Assembly: GCA_964252075.1 (NCBI GenBank)
Contig: CAXULY010000036.1
Coordinates: forward strand, 1 to 54,302
Origin: an uncultured Deinococcaceae bacterium
GTDB lineage: Bacteria > Deinococcota > Deinococci > Deinococcales > Deinococcaceae
DNA: 54,302 bases
Direction of reading: 5' to 3'
Both the position numbers and the translations under genes were made by a program. Of the stretch, positions 1 to 14,212 are shown piece by piece. Below the pieces are notes generated by a model. It was given only the letters and a program-made list of their open reading frames with translations. It was not told where the DNA came from and did no database searches. Numbering within the stretch: position 1 is the stretch's first letter; each line of letters opens with the position of its first letter.

Positions 1-8
1 GGAAGCGG

Positions 9-983
9 TCATACCTTCTCCGTGGTGCTGCGGCCCAGCAGGCCGCTCGGCTTGAAGATCAGGATGACGATCAGCGCGATGAACGCGCCCACGTCCTTGT
101 ACTCGGCCTTGATGGCGCCCAGAAACGCCAGCTTCGGGAAGACCGCGCCGAAGATGGACACCACGCCCAGGAAGTTCTCAATGACGCCCAGCACGAGGCC
201 GCCCAGCACCGCGCCGGGGATGCTGCCGATGCCGCCCAGCACGGCGGCGCTGAAGGCCTTGATGCCGGGGATGGTGCCGCTGTAGGCGTTGACGTTCGGG
301 AATTTCATGGCGAACAGCACGCCGCCGATGCCGCCGAGCGCCCCACCGATCAGGAAGGTGAGGGAGATCATGCGGTTCGCGTCAATGCCCATCAGGGAGG
401 CCGTCACGCGGTCCTGCGCGACCGCGCGGATGGCGCGGCCCATGCGCGTGTGGTTCACGAGGCGGTCCAGGAAGAACAGCATCAGGGCGCCCACAATCAG
501 CAGCACCACGTCCTTCACCTGGATGTCCACGCCCAGCGGTTTGAAGGGCAGGGTGGTGTTGAAGGCCGCCGGGACGTTCACGGCGAGGTCGAAGCGCCCC
601 TGCAGGCCCTCGAAGAGGCGCAGCAGGTCCTGCAGGATGAAGGACACGCCGATGGCGGAGATGAGCGGCACCAGTTTCGGGGCGTTGCGCAGTGGTCGGT
701 ACGCGAGGCGCTCGATCACCACGTTCAGCAGACCGGAGATGACCATGGCGGCCACCAGCGCGATCAGGAGGATCAGGTAGGGGTTCAGGCTGGTGGGCGT
801 AAGGACGCGGAAAATCTCGTACCCCACGATGGCGCCAGTCACGAAGACCTCGGAGTGCGCGAAGTTGATGAGCTGCAGGATGCCGTACACCATCGTGTAA
901 CCCAGCGCGATGATGGCGTACAGGATGCCCAGCAGCAGGCCGTTGACCAGAATCTGGGAGAGCGCGGTGAGTACTATGTCCAT
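9..983 (-). CDS. livH: Branched-chain amino acid ABC transporter permease (LivH family)
   Basis: NGLLLGILYAIIALGYTMVYGILQLINFAH N-terminal motif; GRAIRAVAQD; KAFSAAVLGGIGS; start set at ATG 983 behind GAGGT. Confidence 0.92.
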   Translation of the reverse strand: MDIVLTALSQILVNGLLLGILYAIIALGYTMVYGILQLINFAHSEVFVTGAIVGYEIFRVLTPTSLNPYLILLIALVAAMVISGLLNVVIERLAYRPLRNAPKLVPLISAIGVSFILQDLLRLFEGLQGRFDLAVNVPAAFNTTLPFKPLGVDIQVKDVVLLIVGALMLFFLDRLVNHTRMGRAIRAVAQDRVTASLMGIDANRMISLTFLIGGALGGIGGVLFAMKFPNVNAYSGTIPGIKAFSAAVLGGIGSIPGAVLGGLVLGVIENFLGVVSIFGAVFPKLAFLGAIKAEYKDVGAFIALIVILIFKPSGLLGRSTTEKV

Positions 984-1018
984 GCCTGACCTCAGGAGGC
1001 GGCGTGCGTCCAAATTTC

Positions 1019-1054
1019 GGGCGGGCCCGGCGCGCTACGCAACCGGGCCCGCCC
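1019..1054 (-). other. Intergenic 12-bp GC stem-loop after the binding-protein gene (likely mRNA stabiliser/attenuator)
   Basis: GGGCGGGCCCGG-N12-CCGGGCCCGCCC between livK stop and livH start. Confidence 0.6.
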
Positions 1055-1075
1055 AAAGTCACACGTCGACTGTGG

Positions 1076-2239
1076 TTACTGCTTGGGTGCCTTGACGTTC
1101 ACGGTGCCAGCGGTGCTGCGCTTGAGCTGGCTGTTGATCGAGATGATGTACATCTTGGCGGTGGTGCGGTCACCGACGCTGTTGAAGTCGATGCTGCCCG
1201 TCAGCAGGCCGCTGGTCAGGTTGGTCTTGCGCACGGCGCTCTCCACCTGCGTGCGGGTGGGGAGCTTGTTGCCGTTGGCCTTGATGGCGTTCATGATGCC
1301 CGCCAGCACCACCTTGGCGCTGTCGTACCCCATGATGCCGAAGCCCTGGATGTCCTTCTTGTACGCCGCCTTGTAGCGGGTGGCGGCGGCCTTCGCGGCG
1401 GGCACGGCCTCCACGGGGGGCGCGACGGTCGTGAAGTAGATGTTCGCGGCGCCCGGGCCCGCGAGGGAGAGCAGGTCGTCGCTGTCAAAGCCGTCGCCGC
1501 CCATGATCGGGATGTTCACGCCCTGCTCGCGCAGCTGCTTGGCGAAGGGGCCGACCTGGCCGTACAGACCGCCGAAGTAGATGGCGTCCGGCTTGAGGAG
1601 CTTGATCTTGGAGATGATGGAGCTGAAGTCGCTCTTCTCCTCGGTGCCCTCGGACGTGACGATCTGCACGCCCTTGCCTTCCATTTCCTTCTGCGCCTGG
1701 TCCGCGAGGCCCTGGCCGTAGGGGGTCTTGTCGTTCAGGACGTAGACCTTCTTGGCCTTCAGGGTGTCCACGAGGAAGTCCGCGCCGGCGGGGCCCTGCG
1801 AGTCGTCGCGGGCGCAGATGCGGTTCATGTTGGCGAGGCCGCGGTCCGTGACCTTGGGGTTGGTGTTGGCGGGCGACACGATCGCCACGTGGCTGGGCGC
1901 GAGCGCCTCGCTGGACGGAATGACCACGCCCGAGTTCAGGGTGCCGACCATCGCCAGGATGGAGTTGTCGGCGGCGATGCGGCGCGCGTTGGCGGTGCCG
2001 GTGGTGGGGTCGGCCTGGTCGTCGTAGGCGACGAACTGCAGAGTGAAGCCCATCTTGGCGAAGGCGGCCTTCTGCTCGTTGATCGCCATCTCGGCGCCGT
2101 TGCGGATCTGGGTGCCCAGGTCCGAGCTGGAGCCGGAGAGCGGCGACATGCTGGCGATCTTGATGACCGTGGCGGCGCCCGCCTGGCCGAGGGCCATGGC
2201 GCCGATCAGGGTCATGGCGGTGAGGGTGACTCTCTTCAT
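1076..2239 (-). CDS. livK: Branched-chain amino acid ABC transporter substrate-binding protein (LivK/LivJ family)
   Basis: Signal peptide MKRVTLTAM..AGA; SPLSG, DDQADP, GTLNSG, KTPYGQGLA motifs; SD AGGAGG before ATG 2239. Confidence 0.9.
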   Translation of the reverse strand: MKRVTLTAMTLIGAMALGQAGAATVIKIASMSPLSGSSSDLGTQIRNGAEMAINEQKAAFAKMGFTLQFVAYDDQADPTTGTANARRIAADNSILAMVGTLNSGVVIPSSEALAPSHVAIVSPANTNPKVTDRGLANMNRICARDDSQGPAGADFLVDTLKAKKVYVLNDKTPYGQGLADQAQKEMEGKGVQIVTSEGTEEKSDFSSIISKIKLLKPDAIYFGGLYGQVGPFAKQLREQGVNIPIMGGDGFDSDDLLSLAGPGAANIYFTTVAPPVEAVPAAKAAATRYKAAYKKDIQGFGIMGYDSAKVVLAGIMNAIKANGNKLPTRTQVESAVRKTNLTSGLLTGSIDFNSVGDRTTAKMYIISINSQLKRSTAGTVNVKAPKQ

Positions 2240-2285
2240 AGATCCTCCTGGTTGTGCGCGGCTGGGCCGTTGCGTGGTTTGCAAC

Positions 2286-2314
2286 ATTCTAGGAACGCCT
2301 TTAGAGAAAGTCAA
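2286..2314 (-). promoter_or_regulatory. SigA-type promoter of the liv operon
   Basis: Minus strand TTGACT-N17-TAGAAT. Confidence 0.75.
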
Positions 2315-2415
2315 TGCGAATCTTAATCGTTTTCAAGCAACAGGATTGCGCTCGTGAAGTGTCTCATGGACAGAAAGTGCCGCACGATTGCGCGACCGGA
2401 CCTGTTCAGGACCAT

Positions 2416-2459
2416 TCATGGACGGCATGAGGTCACACTCGACCTCATGCCGTCCATGA
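2416..2459. terminator. 19-bp perfect stem-loop downstream of glnA
   Basis: TCATGGACGGCATGAGGTC-acactc-GACCTCATGCCGTCCATGA, 20 nt after the glnA stop; no U-tract. Confidence 0.55.
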
Positions 2460-2479
2460 GAGGAATGAGGAAGCGTGGC

Positions 2480-3829
2480 CTAAACCTGATCCAGGTAGCG
2501 GTTCAGTTCCCAGCTGTGCACCACCGCCGAGTACTCCCGCCACTCGGCGCGCTTGGAGGCCGTATAGCGCTCCAGCACATGCTCGCCGAGCGCCGCCGAG
2601 ATCACCTCGTCGCGCTCCAGCGCCGTCACCGCCTCCGAGAGGTCAGCGGGCAACTCCCGCACCTTGTGGTGGCGCTTCTCGCGCACCGTCATCTGAAAGA
2701 TGTTGCGCGCGATGGCGGGCGGCGGCGTGAGGCGCTGCTCGATGCCGTCCAGTCCCGCCGCGAGCATGACGGCCAGCGCCAGGTACGGATTGCAGGCGGG
2801 GTCCGGCATGCGCAGTTCCGCCCGCGTGCTCGCCCCGCGCTTCGCCGGCACCCGCACCAGCGCTGAGCGGTTGGAGGTGCTCCACGCGATGTTCACGGGC
2901 GCCTCGAAGCCCGGCACCAGGCGCTTGTAGCTGTTCACGAGGGGATTCGTGACGGCCACCATGCCGTCCGCGTGCTCCAGCAGCCCACCGATGAAGTGCA
3001 GCGCCGTCTGCGACAGCTGGTACTCCGCGCGCTCGTCGTAGAAGGCGTTCTGACCGTTCCTGAAGAGCGACAGATGGCAGTGCATGCCGCTGCCGTTCAT
3101 GCCCGCCACGGGTTTCGGCATGAAGCTCGCGGTCAGGCCGTATTCCAGCGCCACACGCTTCACCACAAACTTGAAGGTGGAGATCGCATCGGCGGTGCGC
3201 AGCGCGTCCGCGTACCGGAAGTCAATCTCGTGCTGACCGGGCGCGACCTCATGGTGCGCCGCCTCGATGTCGAAGCCCATCTCCAGAAGCTTGTTGGTGA
3301 TTTCACGGCGGATGCGCTCACCGCGGTCAAGCGGCGCGAGGTCGAAGTACCCGGCGACATCGTGCGTGACGGTGGTGCTGTCCCCCCGGTCACTGCGCTC
3401 GAACAGGAAGAATTCCGGTTCTGGCCCGCAGTAGAACTCGAAGCCCATCCGCGCGGCGCGCTCCACCTGGCGGCGCAGCACGCCGCGCGGATCGCCCGGG
3501 AAGGGCTGTCCGTCCGGCAGGGCCACGTCGCAGATGAGGCGCGCGACGCGCCCGCGCTCGCCCTCCTCGGCGCTGAACTGCGGGAAGATTAGGAAGGTGG
3601 AGAGGTCCGGGCGCAGCAGCATGTCGGACTCCTCGATGCGCGTGAAGCCCTCAATCGAGCTGCCGTCGAACATGACTTCACCCGCCAGGGCCTTCTCGAA
3701 CTGGCTTTCGGGCACCTCGACGTTCTTGGTGGCCCCCAGGATGTCCGTGAACTGGAGGCGCAGAAACTTCACCTGCTCGCCCCGGAGGCGACAGAGGACT
3801 TCCTGACTGTTGGTTTCGGCGTGTGCCAT
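2480..3829 (-). CDS. glnA: Glutamine synthetase type I
   Basis: [57 protein letters not shown]; 449 aa. Confidence 0.96.
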   Translation of the reverse strand: MAHAETNSQEVLCRLRGEQVKFLRLQFTDILGATKNVEVPESQFEKALAGEVMFDGSSIEGFTRIEESDMLLRPDLSTFLIFPQFSAEEGERGRVARLICDVALPDGQPFPGDPRGVLRRQVERAARMGFEFYCGPEPEFFLFERSDRGDSTTVTHDVAGYFDLAPLDRGERIRREITNKLLEMGFDIEAAHHEVAPGQHEIDFRYADALRTADAISTFKFVVKRVALEYGLTASFMPKPVAGMNGSGMHCHLSLFRNGQNAFYDERAEYQLSQTALHFIGGLLEHADGMVAVTNPLVNSYKRLVPGFEAPVNIAWSTSNRSALVRVPAKRGASTRAELRMPDPACNPYLALAVMLAAGLDGIEQRLTPPPAIARNIFQMTVREKRHHKVRELPADLSEAVTALERDEVISAALGEHVLERYTASKRAEWREYSAVVHSWELNRYLDQV

Positions 3830-3998
3830 CTCAACCCTGACGCTAGCAGATCGCGGGGCATCAACTTACACGACCACAAACGGTCACGACGTTCAGGCCG
3901 AAGTGTCATTTGAGCCAATTACCAGTGAACAGATTGCACGAGAGGGAGACGCACCGTTGATACTGATCTGTGTCGCCTGCGGGCCGTCTAGAAAATCA

Positions 3999-4028
3999 TT
4001 GACGTTCCGTGAAGCCACTGCCTATACT
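3999..4028 (+). promoter_or_regulatory. SigA-type promoter of the GSIII gene
   Basis: TTGACG-N18-TATACT about 80 nt upstream of the ATG. Confidence 0.65.
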
Positions 4029-4109
4029 TCCCCTCAGCTTGTGCCGCTGGCACGCGCGTCCCGCCCACCTCCCACCGGTTTCGCTGACCCCATCAGCCCT
4101 GGAGTTCCG

Positions 4110-6248
4110 ATGAACCACGACTTTGATGTGATTTCAGCCGCCCGCAACTGGCGCCTCGATGCCGAGGTCGCGCCCGCCGACACCGTCACCTCGAACTTCG
4201 CGTCGGACGTGCTCTCCATGGATGAGCTGGCGCACCGCCTCAGCAAGCCGGTCTTCCGTTCGCTGCGCGCCACCGTCGAGAAAGGCCAAACGCTCGACCC
4301 AGCCATCGCGGACACCGTGGCGCTCGCCATGAAGACCTGGGCGCTGGAGAAGGGCGCGACGCACTACACGCACTGGTTCCAGCCGCTCACGGGCTCCACC
4401 GCCGAGAAGCACGACAGCTTCCTGACCCCCGTCAGTGACGGCGCGGCCATCGCGCAGTTCTCCGGCAAGGAACTCATCCAGGCGGAGCCGGACGCGTCGA
4501 GCTTCCCGTCGGGCGGCCTGCGCGCGACCTTCGAGGCGCGCGGTTACACCGCCTGGGACCCGTCCAGCCCCGCGTTCCTGATGCGCCACGCGAACGGCGC
4601 GACCCTGTGCATCCCCACCGCCTTCGCGTCGTGGACGGGTGAGGCGCTCGACCTCAAGACGCCGCTGCTGCGCTCCACCGAGGCGCTCAACACGGCGGTG
4701 CTGCCCGCGCTGGACCTGTTCGGCGTGAAGGCCGGAAAGGTGTCCAGCACCCTGGGCGCCGAGCAGGAGTACTTCCTGATCGCCGAGGAGTACTTCTACC
4801 GCCGTCCCGACCTCGTGCTGACGGGCCGCACGCTGTTCGGCGCGAAGCCGCCGCGCGGCCAGGAACTCGAGGACCATTACTTCGGCGCCATTCCGGACCG
4901 CGTGCTCTCGTTCATGACGGACGCCGAGCACCAGATGTACGCCCTCGGGATTCCCGTCAAGACGCGCCACAACGAGGTCGCGCCCGGTCAGTTCGAGATC
5001 GCGCCGATCTACGAGCAGAGCAACGTCGCCGCCGACCACCAGCAGCTCATCATGCAGATCCTGAAGAACACCGCCCGCAAGTACGGGCTGGTGGCGCTGC
5101 TGCACGAGAAGCCCTTCGCGGGCGTGAACGGCAGCGGCAAGCACTGCAACTGGAGCATGGGGACCGACACTGGCCTGAACCTGCTGGAGCCGGGCGACAC
5201 CCCGCACGAGAACATTCAGTTCCTGTTCTTCTGCTCCGCCGTCATCAAAGCCGTGGATGAGCATCAGGACCTGCTGCGCATCAGCGTGGCGAGCGCCAAC
5301 AACGACCACCGCCTCGGTGCGAACGAGGCGCCGCCCGCCATCATCTCGATCTTCCTGGGCGACGAGCTGACGGACATCCTGGACCGCCTCGCGAGCGGCC
5401 AGGGCGGGCGCGGCACGGAGGCGGGGGTGCTGGCGCTCGGCACGCCGATCCTGCCGCCCCTGCCGCGCCACGCGGGGGACCGCAACCGCACCAGCCCCTT
5501 CGCGTTCACGGGCAACAAGTTCGAGTTCCGCGCGGCGGGCAGCAGCCAGAGCATCTCGCTGCCCATCACGGTGCTGAACACCATCGTGGCGGACGCCGTC
5601 ACGCAGCTCACCGCGGCCGTGAAGGCCAAGGGCGGCGACCCGGACGAGGCGGTGCTGGCGGTCGTGAAGGAGACGTACTCGAAGCACAAGCGCATCGTGT
5701 TCAACGGCGACGGGTACTCCGAGGCGTGGCACCACGAGGCGGAGTCGCGCGGCCTGCTGAACTACCGCACGACGCTGGACGCCATCGGGCACTTCACGGA
5801 CGACAAGAACGTGCAGCTGTTCGGGGCCTTCAAGGTGCTCTCCCAGCGCGAGGTCGAGGCGCGCCAGGAGATCATGTACGACATTTACTTCAAGACGGTA
5901 AACATTGAGGGCGAGACCACCGAGTACATCGCGCAGACCCTCATCCTGCCCGCCGCCGTGACTTACCTGGGGGACCTCGCGGGCGCCAGCAGCCTCAGCA
6001 CCGGCGTGGGGCGCGTCGCGGCGGAAGTCGGGCAGGCGACGGACGCGCTGTATGAGGCGCTCAGCACCCTGCGCGCCGAGAACGCCGAGGAGGGCGGCGA
6101 GAGCGTGCACGAGAAGGCGCACCACATGCAGGCCAAGGTGCTGCCCGCCATGCTGAACGTCCGCAAGGCCGCCGACGCGCTGGAGAAGGTGGTGGCGGAG
6201 AAGCACTGGCCGCTCCCCAGCTACCGCCAGATGCTGTTCGTGAAGTAA
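4110..6248 (+). CDS. glnN: Glutamine synthetase type III
   Basis: [84 protein letters not shown] before ATG 4110; 712 aa. Confidence 0.95.
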   Translation: MNHDFDVISAARNWRLDAEVAPADTVTSNFASDVLSMDELAHRLSKPVFRSLRATVEKGQTLDPAIADTVALAMKTWALEKGATHYTHWFQPLTGSTAEKHDSFLTPVSDGAAIAQFSGKELIQAEPDASSFPSGGLRATFEARGYTAWDPSSPAFLMRHANGATLCIPTAFASWTGEALDLKTPLLRSTEALNTAVLPALDLFGVKAGKVSSTLGAEQEYFLIAEEYFYRRPDLVLTGRTLFGAKPPRGQELEDHYFGAIPDRVLSFMTDAEHQMYALGIPVKTRHNEVAPGQFEIAPIYEQSNVAADHQQLIMQILKNTARKYGLVALLHEKPFAGVNGSGKHCNWSMGTDTGLNLLEPGDTPHENIQFLFFCSAVIKAVDEHQDLLRISVASANNDHRLGANEAPPAIISIFLGDELTDILDRLASGQGGRGTEAGVLALGTPILPPLPRHAGDRNRTSPFAFTGNKFEFRAAGSSQSISLPITVLNTIVADAVTQLTAAVKAKGGDPDEAVLAVVKETYSKHKRIVFNGDGYSEAWHHEAESRGLLNYRTTLDAIGHFTDDKNVQLFGAFKVLSQREVEARQEIMYDIYFKTVNIEGETTEYIAQTLILPAAVTYLGDLAGASSLSTGVGRVAAEVGQATDALYEALSTLRAENAEEGGESVHEKAHHMQAKVLPAMLNVRKAADALEKVVAEKHWPLPSYRQMLFVK

Positions 6249-6287
6249 GGTCGAGTCGGCAGGGGCCGGGCGCGCCCTGCCCCTCCT

Positions 6288-6860
6288 CTATTCGTCGCTG
6301 AGGAACTCGGGCGGCACGTGGTCCGTCAGCCACACGCCGTTCTCGGAGACGAAGAAGGCGTGGCCCGCGCGCTGCATCCGTGCGGCGTCCACCTTCAGGA
6401 TCACGGGCGCGCCGCGCCGCTGCCCCACCCGGTGGGCGGTCTCGCGGTCCGGGGAGAGGTGCACGTGGTGGCGCCCCATCGGCTTCAGGCCCTCACGGCG
6501 GATGAGGTCCAGGCTGGAGCCGACCGTGCCGTGGTACAGGACCGCGGGCGCGTCTCGCGGCTCCAGGCCCAGGTCCACCGGGACGCTGTGGCCCTGGTTC
6601 GCGCGGATGCGCGCGCCGTCCGCGCTGAGCGCGAACCGCTGCTTGTCGCTGCCCGCCACCGTGCGTTCCAGGTCCGCGCGGGTCACGGTCAGGCCCACCG
6701 CCCGCAGGGCCGCGAGGAGGTCGTCCACGCCCACCCAGCCGCCCGGCTGAAGAGTCAGGCCGAGTTCCTGTGGCGCGTGCCGCAGGTGGTACGAGAGGCG
6801 TTTGCTGAGCTGCACGTCGCTGTTCATGAAGTCATTCTCGGTGCGCGGCGCGGCGCGCAC
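6288..6860 (-). CDS. kptA: RNA 2'-phosphotransferase (Tpt1/KptA)
   Basis: SKRLSYHLRH, DKQRF, IRANQGHS, LYHGT, RHHVHLS, NGVWL; start either 6860 or 6827. Confidence 0.95.
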   Translation of the reverse strand: MRAAPRTENDFMNSDVQLSKRLSYHLRHAPQELGLTLQPGGWVGVDDLLAALRAVGLTVTRADLERTVAGSDKQRFALSADGARIRANQGHSVPVDLGLEPRDAPAVLYHGTVGSSLDLIRREGLKPMGRHHVHLSPDRETAHRVGQRRGAPVILKVDAARMQRAGHAFFVSENGVWLTDHVPPEFLSDE

Positions 6861-6898
6861 CAGCGCAAGATGGCCTGCGCGCGCCTATGCTGAAGGCC

Positions 6899-7492
6899 GT
6901 GTTCCACCGCTCGACCGACACCTGGCTGCGCCTCGGCATCACCGTGCTGGCGCTCGCCGGGCTGGTGCTGCACCTGTTCTTCCCGCGCGTGAAGCTCGAC
7001 ACCGCCACGCTGGTGCTGCTGGGGGTGGCGCTGCTGCCGTGGCTGAGTTCACTGGTGCGCAGCGCGAAGTTCCCCGGCGGCTTCGAGATCGAGTTTCAGG
7101 ACCTGCAGGCGGCGGCGGAACGCGTGGGTGTCGCGGGCGCCCTCGCGCCGCGCAGCGAGGCCCTCCCCAGCTGGCAGGCGGTGCAGGAACTCGATCCGAA
7201 CCTCGCGCTGGTGGGCCTGCGCATCGAGATTGAGCGGCGCCTGCGCGACCTCGCGAAGCGGCACCTGGACGTGTACGCCATTCCGCTGCCGCGCCTGATC
7301 GAGCGGCTCGTGGCGGCGGGCGCCCTCAGCGCGGGCGAGGGGAGCGGCCTGACGGACATCGTGCTCGCCGGGAATCAGGCGGCGCACGGCGCGAGTGTGG
7401 ACCCCAGCGTGCGCGAGTGGGCGCAGCTGTACGGGCCGCGCGTGCTGCGGGTGCTGGACGCGCGGCTGGCGCAGGCGCCGGACGCGCCGTGA
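6899..7492 (+). CDS. Membrane protein with two N-terminal TM helices and a C-terminal DUF4145/HEPN-like helical domain
   Basis: Two hydrophobic segments, then ALVGLRIEIERRLRDL...GNQAAHG; probable leaderless GTG start after TATGCT. Confidence 0.6.
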   Translation: MFHRSTDTWLRLGITVLALAGLVLHLFFPRVKLDTATLVLLGVALLPWLSSLVRSAKFPGGFEIEFQDLQAAAERVGVAGALAPRSEALPSWQAVQELDPNLALVGLRIEIERRLRDLAKRHLDVYAIPLPRLIERLVAAGALSAGEGSGLTDIVLAGNQAAHGASVDPSVREWAQLYGPRVLRVLDARLAQAPDAP

Positions 7493-7547
7493 CGCATTGC
7501 AGATTTCGTTCCCAACGCGCGCCCGGGGCGCGCCGTACACTGGGGGG

Positions 7548-8340
<793 letters not shown>

Positions 8341-8357
<17 letters not shown>

Positions 8358-9141
8358 GCAGCAGCTGCTGGCGTTCGGTCGCCGTGAAGCCCACGCTGGC
8401 GTAGATGTCCTTCGCGAAGTAATGCTCGTCCGCGACGATCACGAGCTGCTTCGCCCCGAAGGCCGCGCGGGCGTGCTCGCCCGCGAAGTGCGTGAGGGTC
8501 GCGCACAGGCCCCGCCGCCGGAAGTCCGGGTGCGTGCCGACCGCCTGGAAGCGCGTGAGTTCGCCGTCTGTGAACACCCCCATGTCCGCCGCGAGGCGTC
8601 CGTCCAGGAACGCGCCGTACCAGAAGCCCTGGCCCGCGCGGGTCATGTCGCGGTAACGGCGCAGCTGGCCTTCCTTGAAGGTGCGGTAGGACGCTTCGGG
8701 CCAGCGCTCCTCGCGGGCGGCCACCTGGCACTCCAGCACCTGCGCCCACTCGTCGTCCGTGTCGTGAATGGTCCTCAGTTCCGCCTGGGTGTTCGGGCGG
8801 GCGGGGGCGTGCAGGGCGGGGGCGGTCATCACGACGTTCTCCTCCAGCGTGTACCCGGCGTCCAGGAACGGCTGCAGGTCGGGTGTGCCGGTGGGCGGCA
8901 CGTCCCAGCCGAACAGCACGTGCCGCACGCCCGGCTGCGTCGCGATGTCCCGCGCGAAGCGCGCCTCCCAGCGCGGCAGGTCGCCCGGCTGCGGTGGGGA
9001 CGCGAAGATCAGGAAGTTCCCGAAGTAATGGCCGGGGTTTCCGGGGTTCTGGACGCGCACGGCGTCCCCCAGGTCCTCCACGACGCCCTGGAAGCGCGCG
9101 AAGATCAGGTCGGTGCGGTAGCCGAGTGAGCGCAGGTGCAT
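8341..9141 (-). CDS. GNAT family N-acetyltransferase
   Basis: VGTHPDFRRRGLC acetyl-CoA binding motif, IYASVGF; leaderless (TAACCT-N6-ATG). Confidence 0.85.
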
Positions 9142-9204
9142 GCCGTGAGGTTAATGGACGCAGGCCACGCCGTCATGCGCCGAGTGGCCTGCTGGGGCCG
9201 CGCT

Positions 9205-10572
9205 TCAGCGGTCGCCGAGCATGTGCTCGCGCCGCACGACCTTTACACGGGGACGCCCCTGCGCCTGCCCCGCCGCGAGTTCGAGCGCGTCCAGCGCCAG
9301 CCAGTCCTCGAAGGTGAAGACCCGCGCGCCGCGCGAGGCGAGCAGCGCGTCCACCGCCGCGCGGCCCGGCTCGGGCGCCACGGGCAGCGCGCCCGCCGCC
9401 GCGTCCTGAATGAGCCCGTTCACGGTGTCCACGGCGTCCGCCTTGTTCGTGCCGATCACGCCGCTCGGGCCGCGCTTGATCCAGCCCGCCGTGTACTCCC
9501 CCACGCGCACCGCGCCGCCCTCATCCACCACGCGGCCCATCTCGTTGGGGATCACGCCGCGCCGCGCGTCGAAGGGCACGCCCGTGAGGGGCCGCCCCTT
9601 GTACCCCACGGAGCGCAGCACCATCTGCACGTCCAGCTGCTCCGTCACGCCCGTGCCGACGGCGTTCTGCTGCTCATCCAGGCGGTTGTGCTCCACGGTG
9701 AGGCCCTGCACGTGGTCCTCGCCCGTGATTTCCAGCGGGGACACCAGGAAGCGCAGGTGCACGCGGCGCGGCTTGCCGGTGAGGGCGCGCGTGGAGAACT
9801 CGCGCAGCACCTCCACGTTCTTCTTCATGGTGTTGTCCGTGACGCGCGCTTCCTCGTCGGGCGTCAGCGCGATCTCGTCCGGGTGCACGATCACGTCGGC
9901 GCTGTGCAGCTCCCCGAACTCCCGCAGTTCCTTGGTGGTGAACTTCGCCTGCGCGGGGCCGCGGCGGCCCAGCACGTACACGTCCGTCACGTCGCTGTCC
10001 GCGAGCACCTTCAGGGCGTGGTCCGCGATGTCCGTGACCTTCAGCTCCTCCACGGTCTTCAGCAGGATGCGCGCCACGTCCACCGCGACGTTCCCCACGC
10101 CCACCACCGCGACGCCCCGGACGCCGTGCAGGCTGAGCTCGCGCGTGGCGGCGTCCGGGTGGCCGTTGTACCACGCGACAAACTCGGTGGCGGACAGGCT
10201 GCCCGTGAGGTCCTCGCCGGGAATGCCGAGGCTGCGGTCCGCGCTCGCGCCGACCGTGTACACGATGGCGTCGTAATGGCGGTGCAGGTCCGCGAGCGTC
10301 ACGTCCCGCCCGAACTCCACGTTCCCGAGGAAGCGCACGCGCGGGTCGGACAGCACCTTCGAGAACAGCGCGGTGACGCTCTTGATCTTCTGGTGGTCGG
10401 GCGCCACGCCGTACCGCACGAGGCCGTAGGGGGTGGGGAGGCGGTCGTACACGTCCACGGTGGCGGGCACGCCGCCCTGCTTGATGAGGGCCTCGGCGGC
10501 GTACACGCCGCTCGGGCCGCTGCCGATCACGGCGACGTGCAGGGGGCGTTCGGGGGTGAAGGGCGCAGTCAT
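9205..10572 (-). CDS. Ferredoxin-NADP+ reductase, adrenodoxin reductase/FprA type
   Basis: VIGSGPSG, PYGLVRYGVAPDH, FVAWYNGHP, GVGNVAVD, GWIKRGPSGVIGTN. Confidence 0.92.
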   Translation of the reverse strand: MTAPFTPERPLHVAVIGSGPSGVYAAEALIKQGGVPATVDVYDRLPTPYGLVRYGVAPDHQKIKSVTALFSKVLSDPRVRFLGNVEFGRDVTLADLHRHYDAIVYTVGASADRSLGIPGEDLTGSLSATEFVAWYNGHPDAATRELSLHGVRGVAVVGVGNVAVDVARILLKTVEELKVTDIADHALKVLADSDVTDVYVLGRRGPAQAKFTTKELREFGELHSADVIVHPDEIALTPDEEARVTDNTMKKNVEVLREFSTRALTGKPRRVHLRFLVSPLEITGEDHVQGLTVEHNRLDEQQNAVGTGVTEQLDVQMVLRSVGYKGRPLTGVPFDARRGVIPNEMGRVVDEGGAVRVGEYTAGWIKRGPSGVIGTNKADAVDTVNGLIQDAAAGALPVAPEPGRAAVDALLASRGARVFTFEDWLALDALELAAGQAQGRPRVKVVRREHMLGDR

Positions 10573-10662
10573 GGGGGTGAGTCTAGGTGAAGCGCGTGGG
10601 CGTCGCGGTGAGATTGTCTGGAGGAACCGCGCAGCGCTCCGTGCGGGCGCGCCCCCGTTTCA

Positions 10663-10702
10663 AGGAAAGAGGGGGAGCCCATGTGGGCTCCCCCTCTTTC
10701 CT
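10663..10702 (-). terminator. Intrinsic terminator of ddrI
   Basis: AGGAAAGAGGGGGAGCCCA..TGGGCTCCCCCTCTTTCCT directly after the stop. Confidence 0.8.
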
Positions 10703-10710
10703 GGTGGGCT

Positions 10711-11310
<600 letters not shown>

Positions 11311-11377
11311 CTGGTCCCTCCTTGAGGTGGAACCGAACTTGGTTCTGGGGTGCCGGGACTTTCCCGACCTGGTTACA

Positions 11378-11404
11378 GTGTACACCTTCGTCACAATTTT
11401 GTAA
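11378..11404 (-). promoter_or_regulatory. ddrI promoter
   Basis: Minus strand TTTACA-N17-TACACT (edges approximate). Confidence 0.65.
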
Positions 11405-11515
11405 ACATTTATGTTGCTTTAAAAACCCTTTGGATTACAAAATTCTGGTAAAAGTCGTGCTTCCCTAACCCGTGGTTCCTGCCCCGCGTCCAGCACGCCT
11501 TGCACCCAACGTAAA

Positions 11516-11544
11516 GCGGCGCCACTCCCTCGGAGTGGCGCCGC
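11516..11544 (-). terminator. Terminator of gyrA
   Basis: GCGGCGCCACTCC-ctc-GGAGTGGCGCCGC followed by TTT on the minus strand. Confidence 0.75.
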
Positions 11545-11558
11545 CCGTGAACTTCGTC

Positions 11559-13988
<2,430 letters not shown>

Positions 13989-14110
13989 GTCTCACTCCAA
14001 TACCGCAGGCCGCAATTTTTGGCCTGCTGCGCCCGCAGGCGCCGCCTCGATCAACACCGCTCGATTTCCCTCGTCGGACAGGCCGACGAACGCCTCACAG
14101 TATAACATAT

Positions 14111-14127
14111 TTCTGCCCCCAGCAGAA
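14111..14127. promoter_or_regulatory. Second RDRM-like (DdrO) site over the -35 of a proximal gyrA promoter
   Basis: TTCTGCCCCCAGCAGAA 17-bp pseudo-palindrome; extended -10 TGtTATACT just downstream on the minus strand (14099-14107). Confidence 0.6.
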
Positions 14128-14212
14128 CGTTCCGCAGGCGCATTTGCAGGACTGCGAGGGGACGTGGCGGTGAAAAAGCTAAGATTCAGGACTTCGTAAG
14201 TTGTGCTTAGTA

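Noticed and set aside
2268..2285. GCAAC-like repeats upstream of livK as a fourth site of the heptamer motif
   Set aside because: Spacing is not 11 bp, the repeats lie downstream of the -10, and this promoter has a canonical -35
11378..11394. Full DdrI/CRP site in the ddrI promoter
   Set aside because: Only one TGTGA half-site; the second half does not match at N6 spacing
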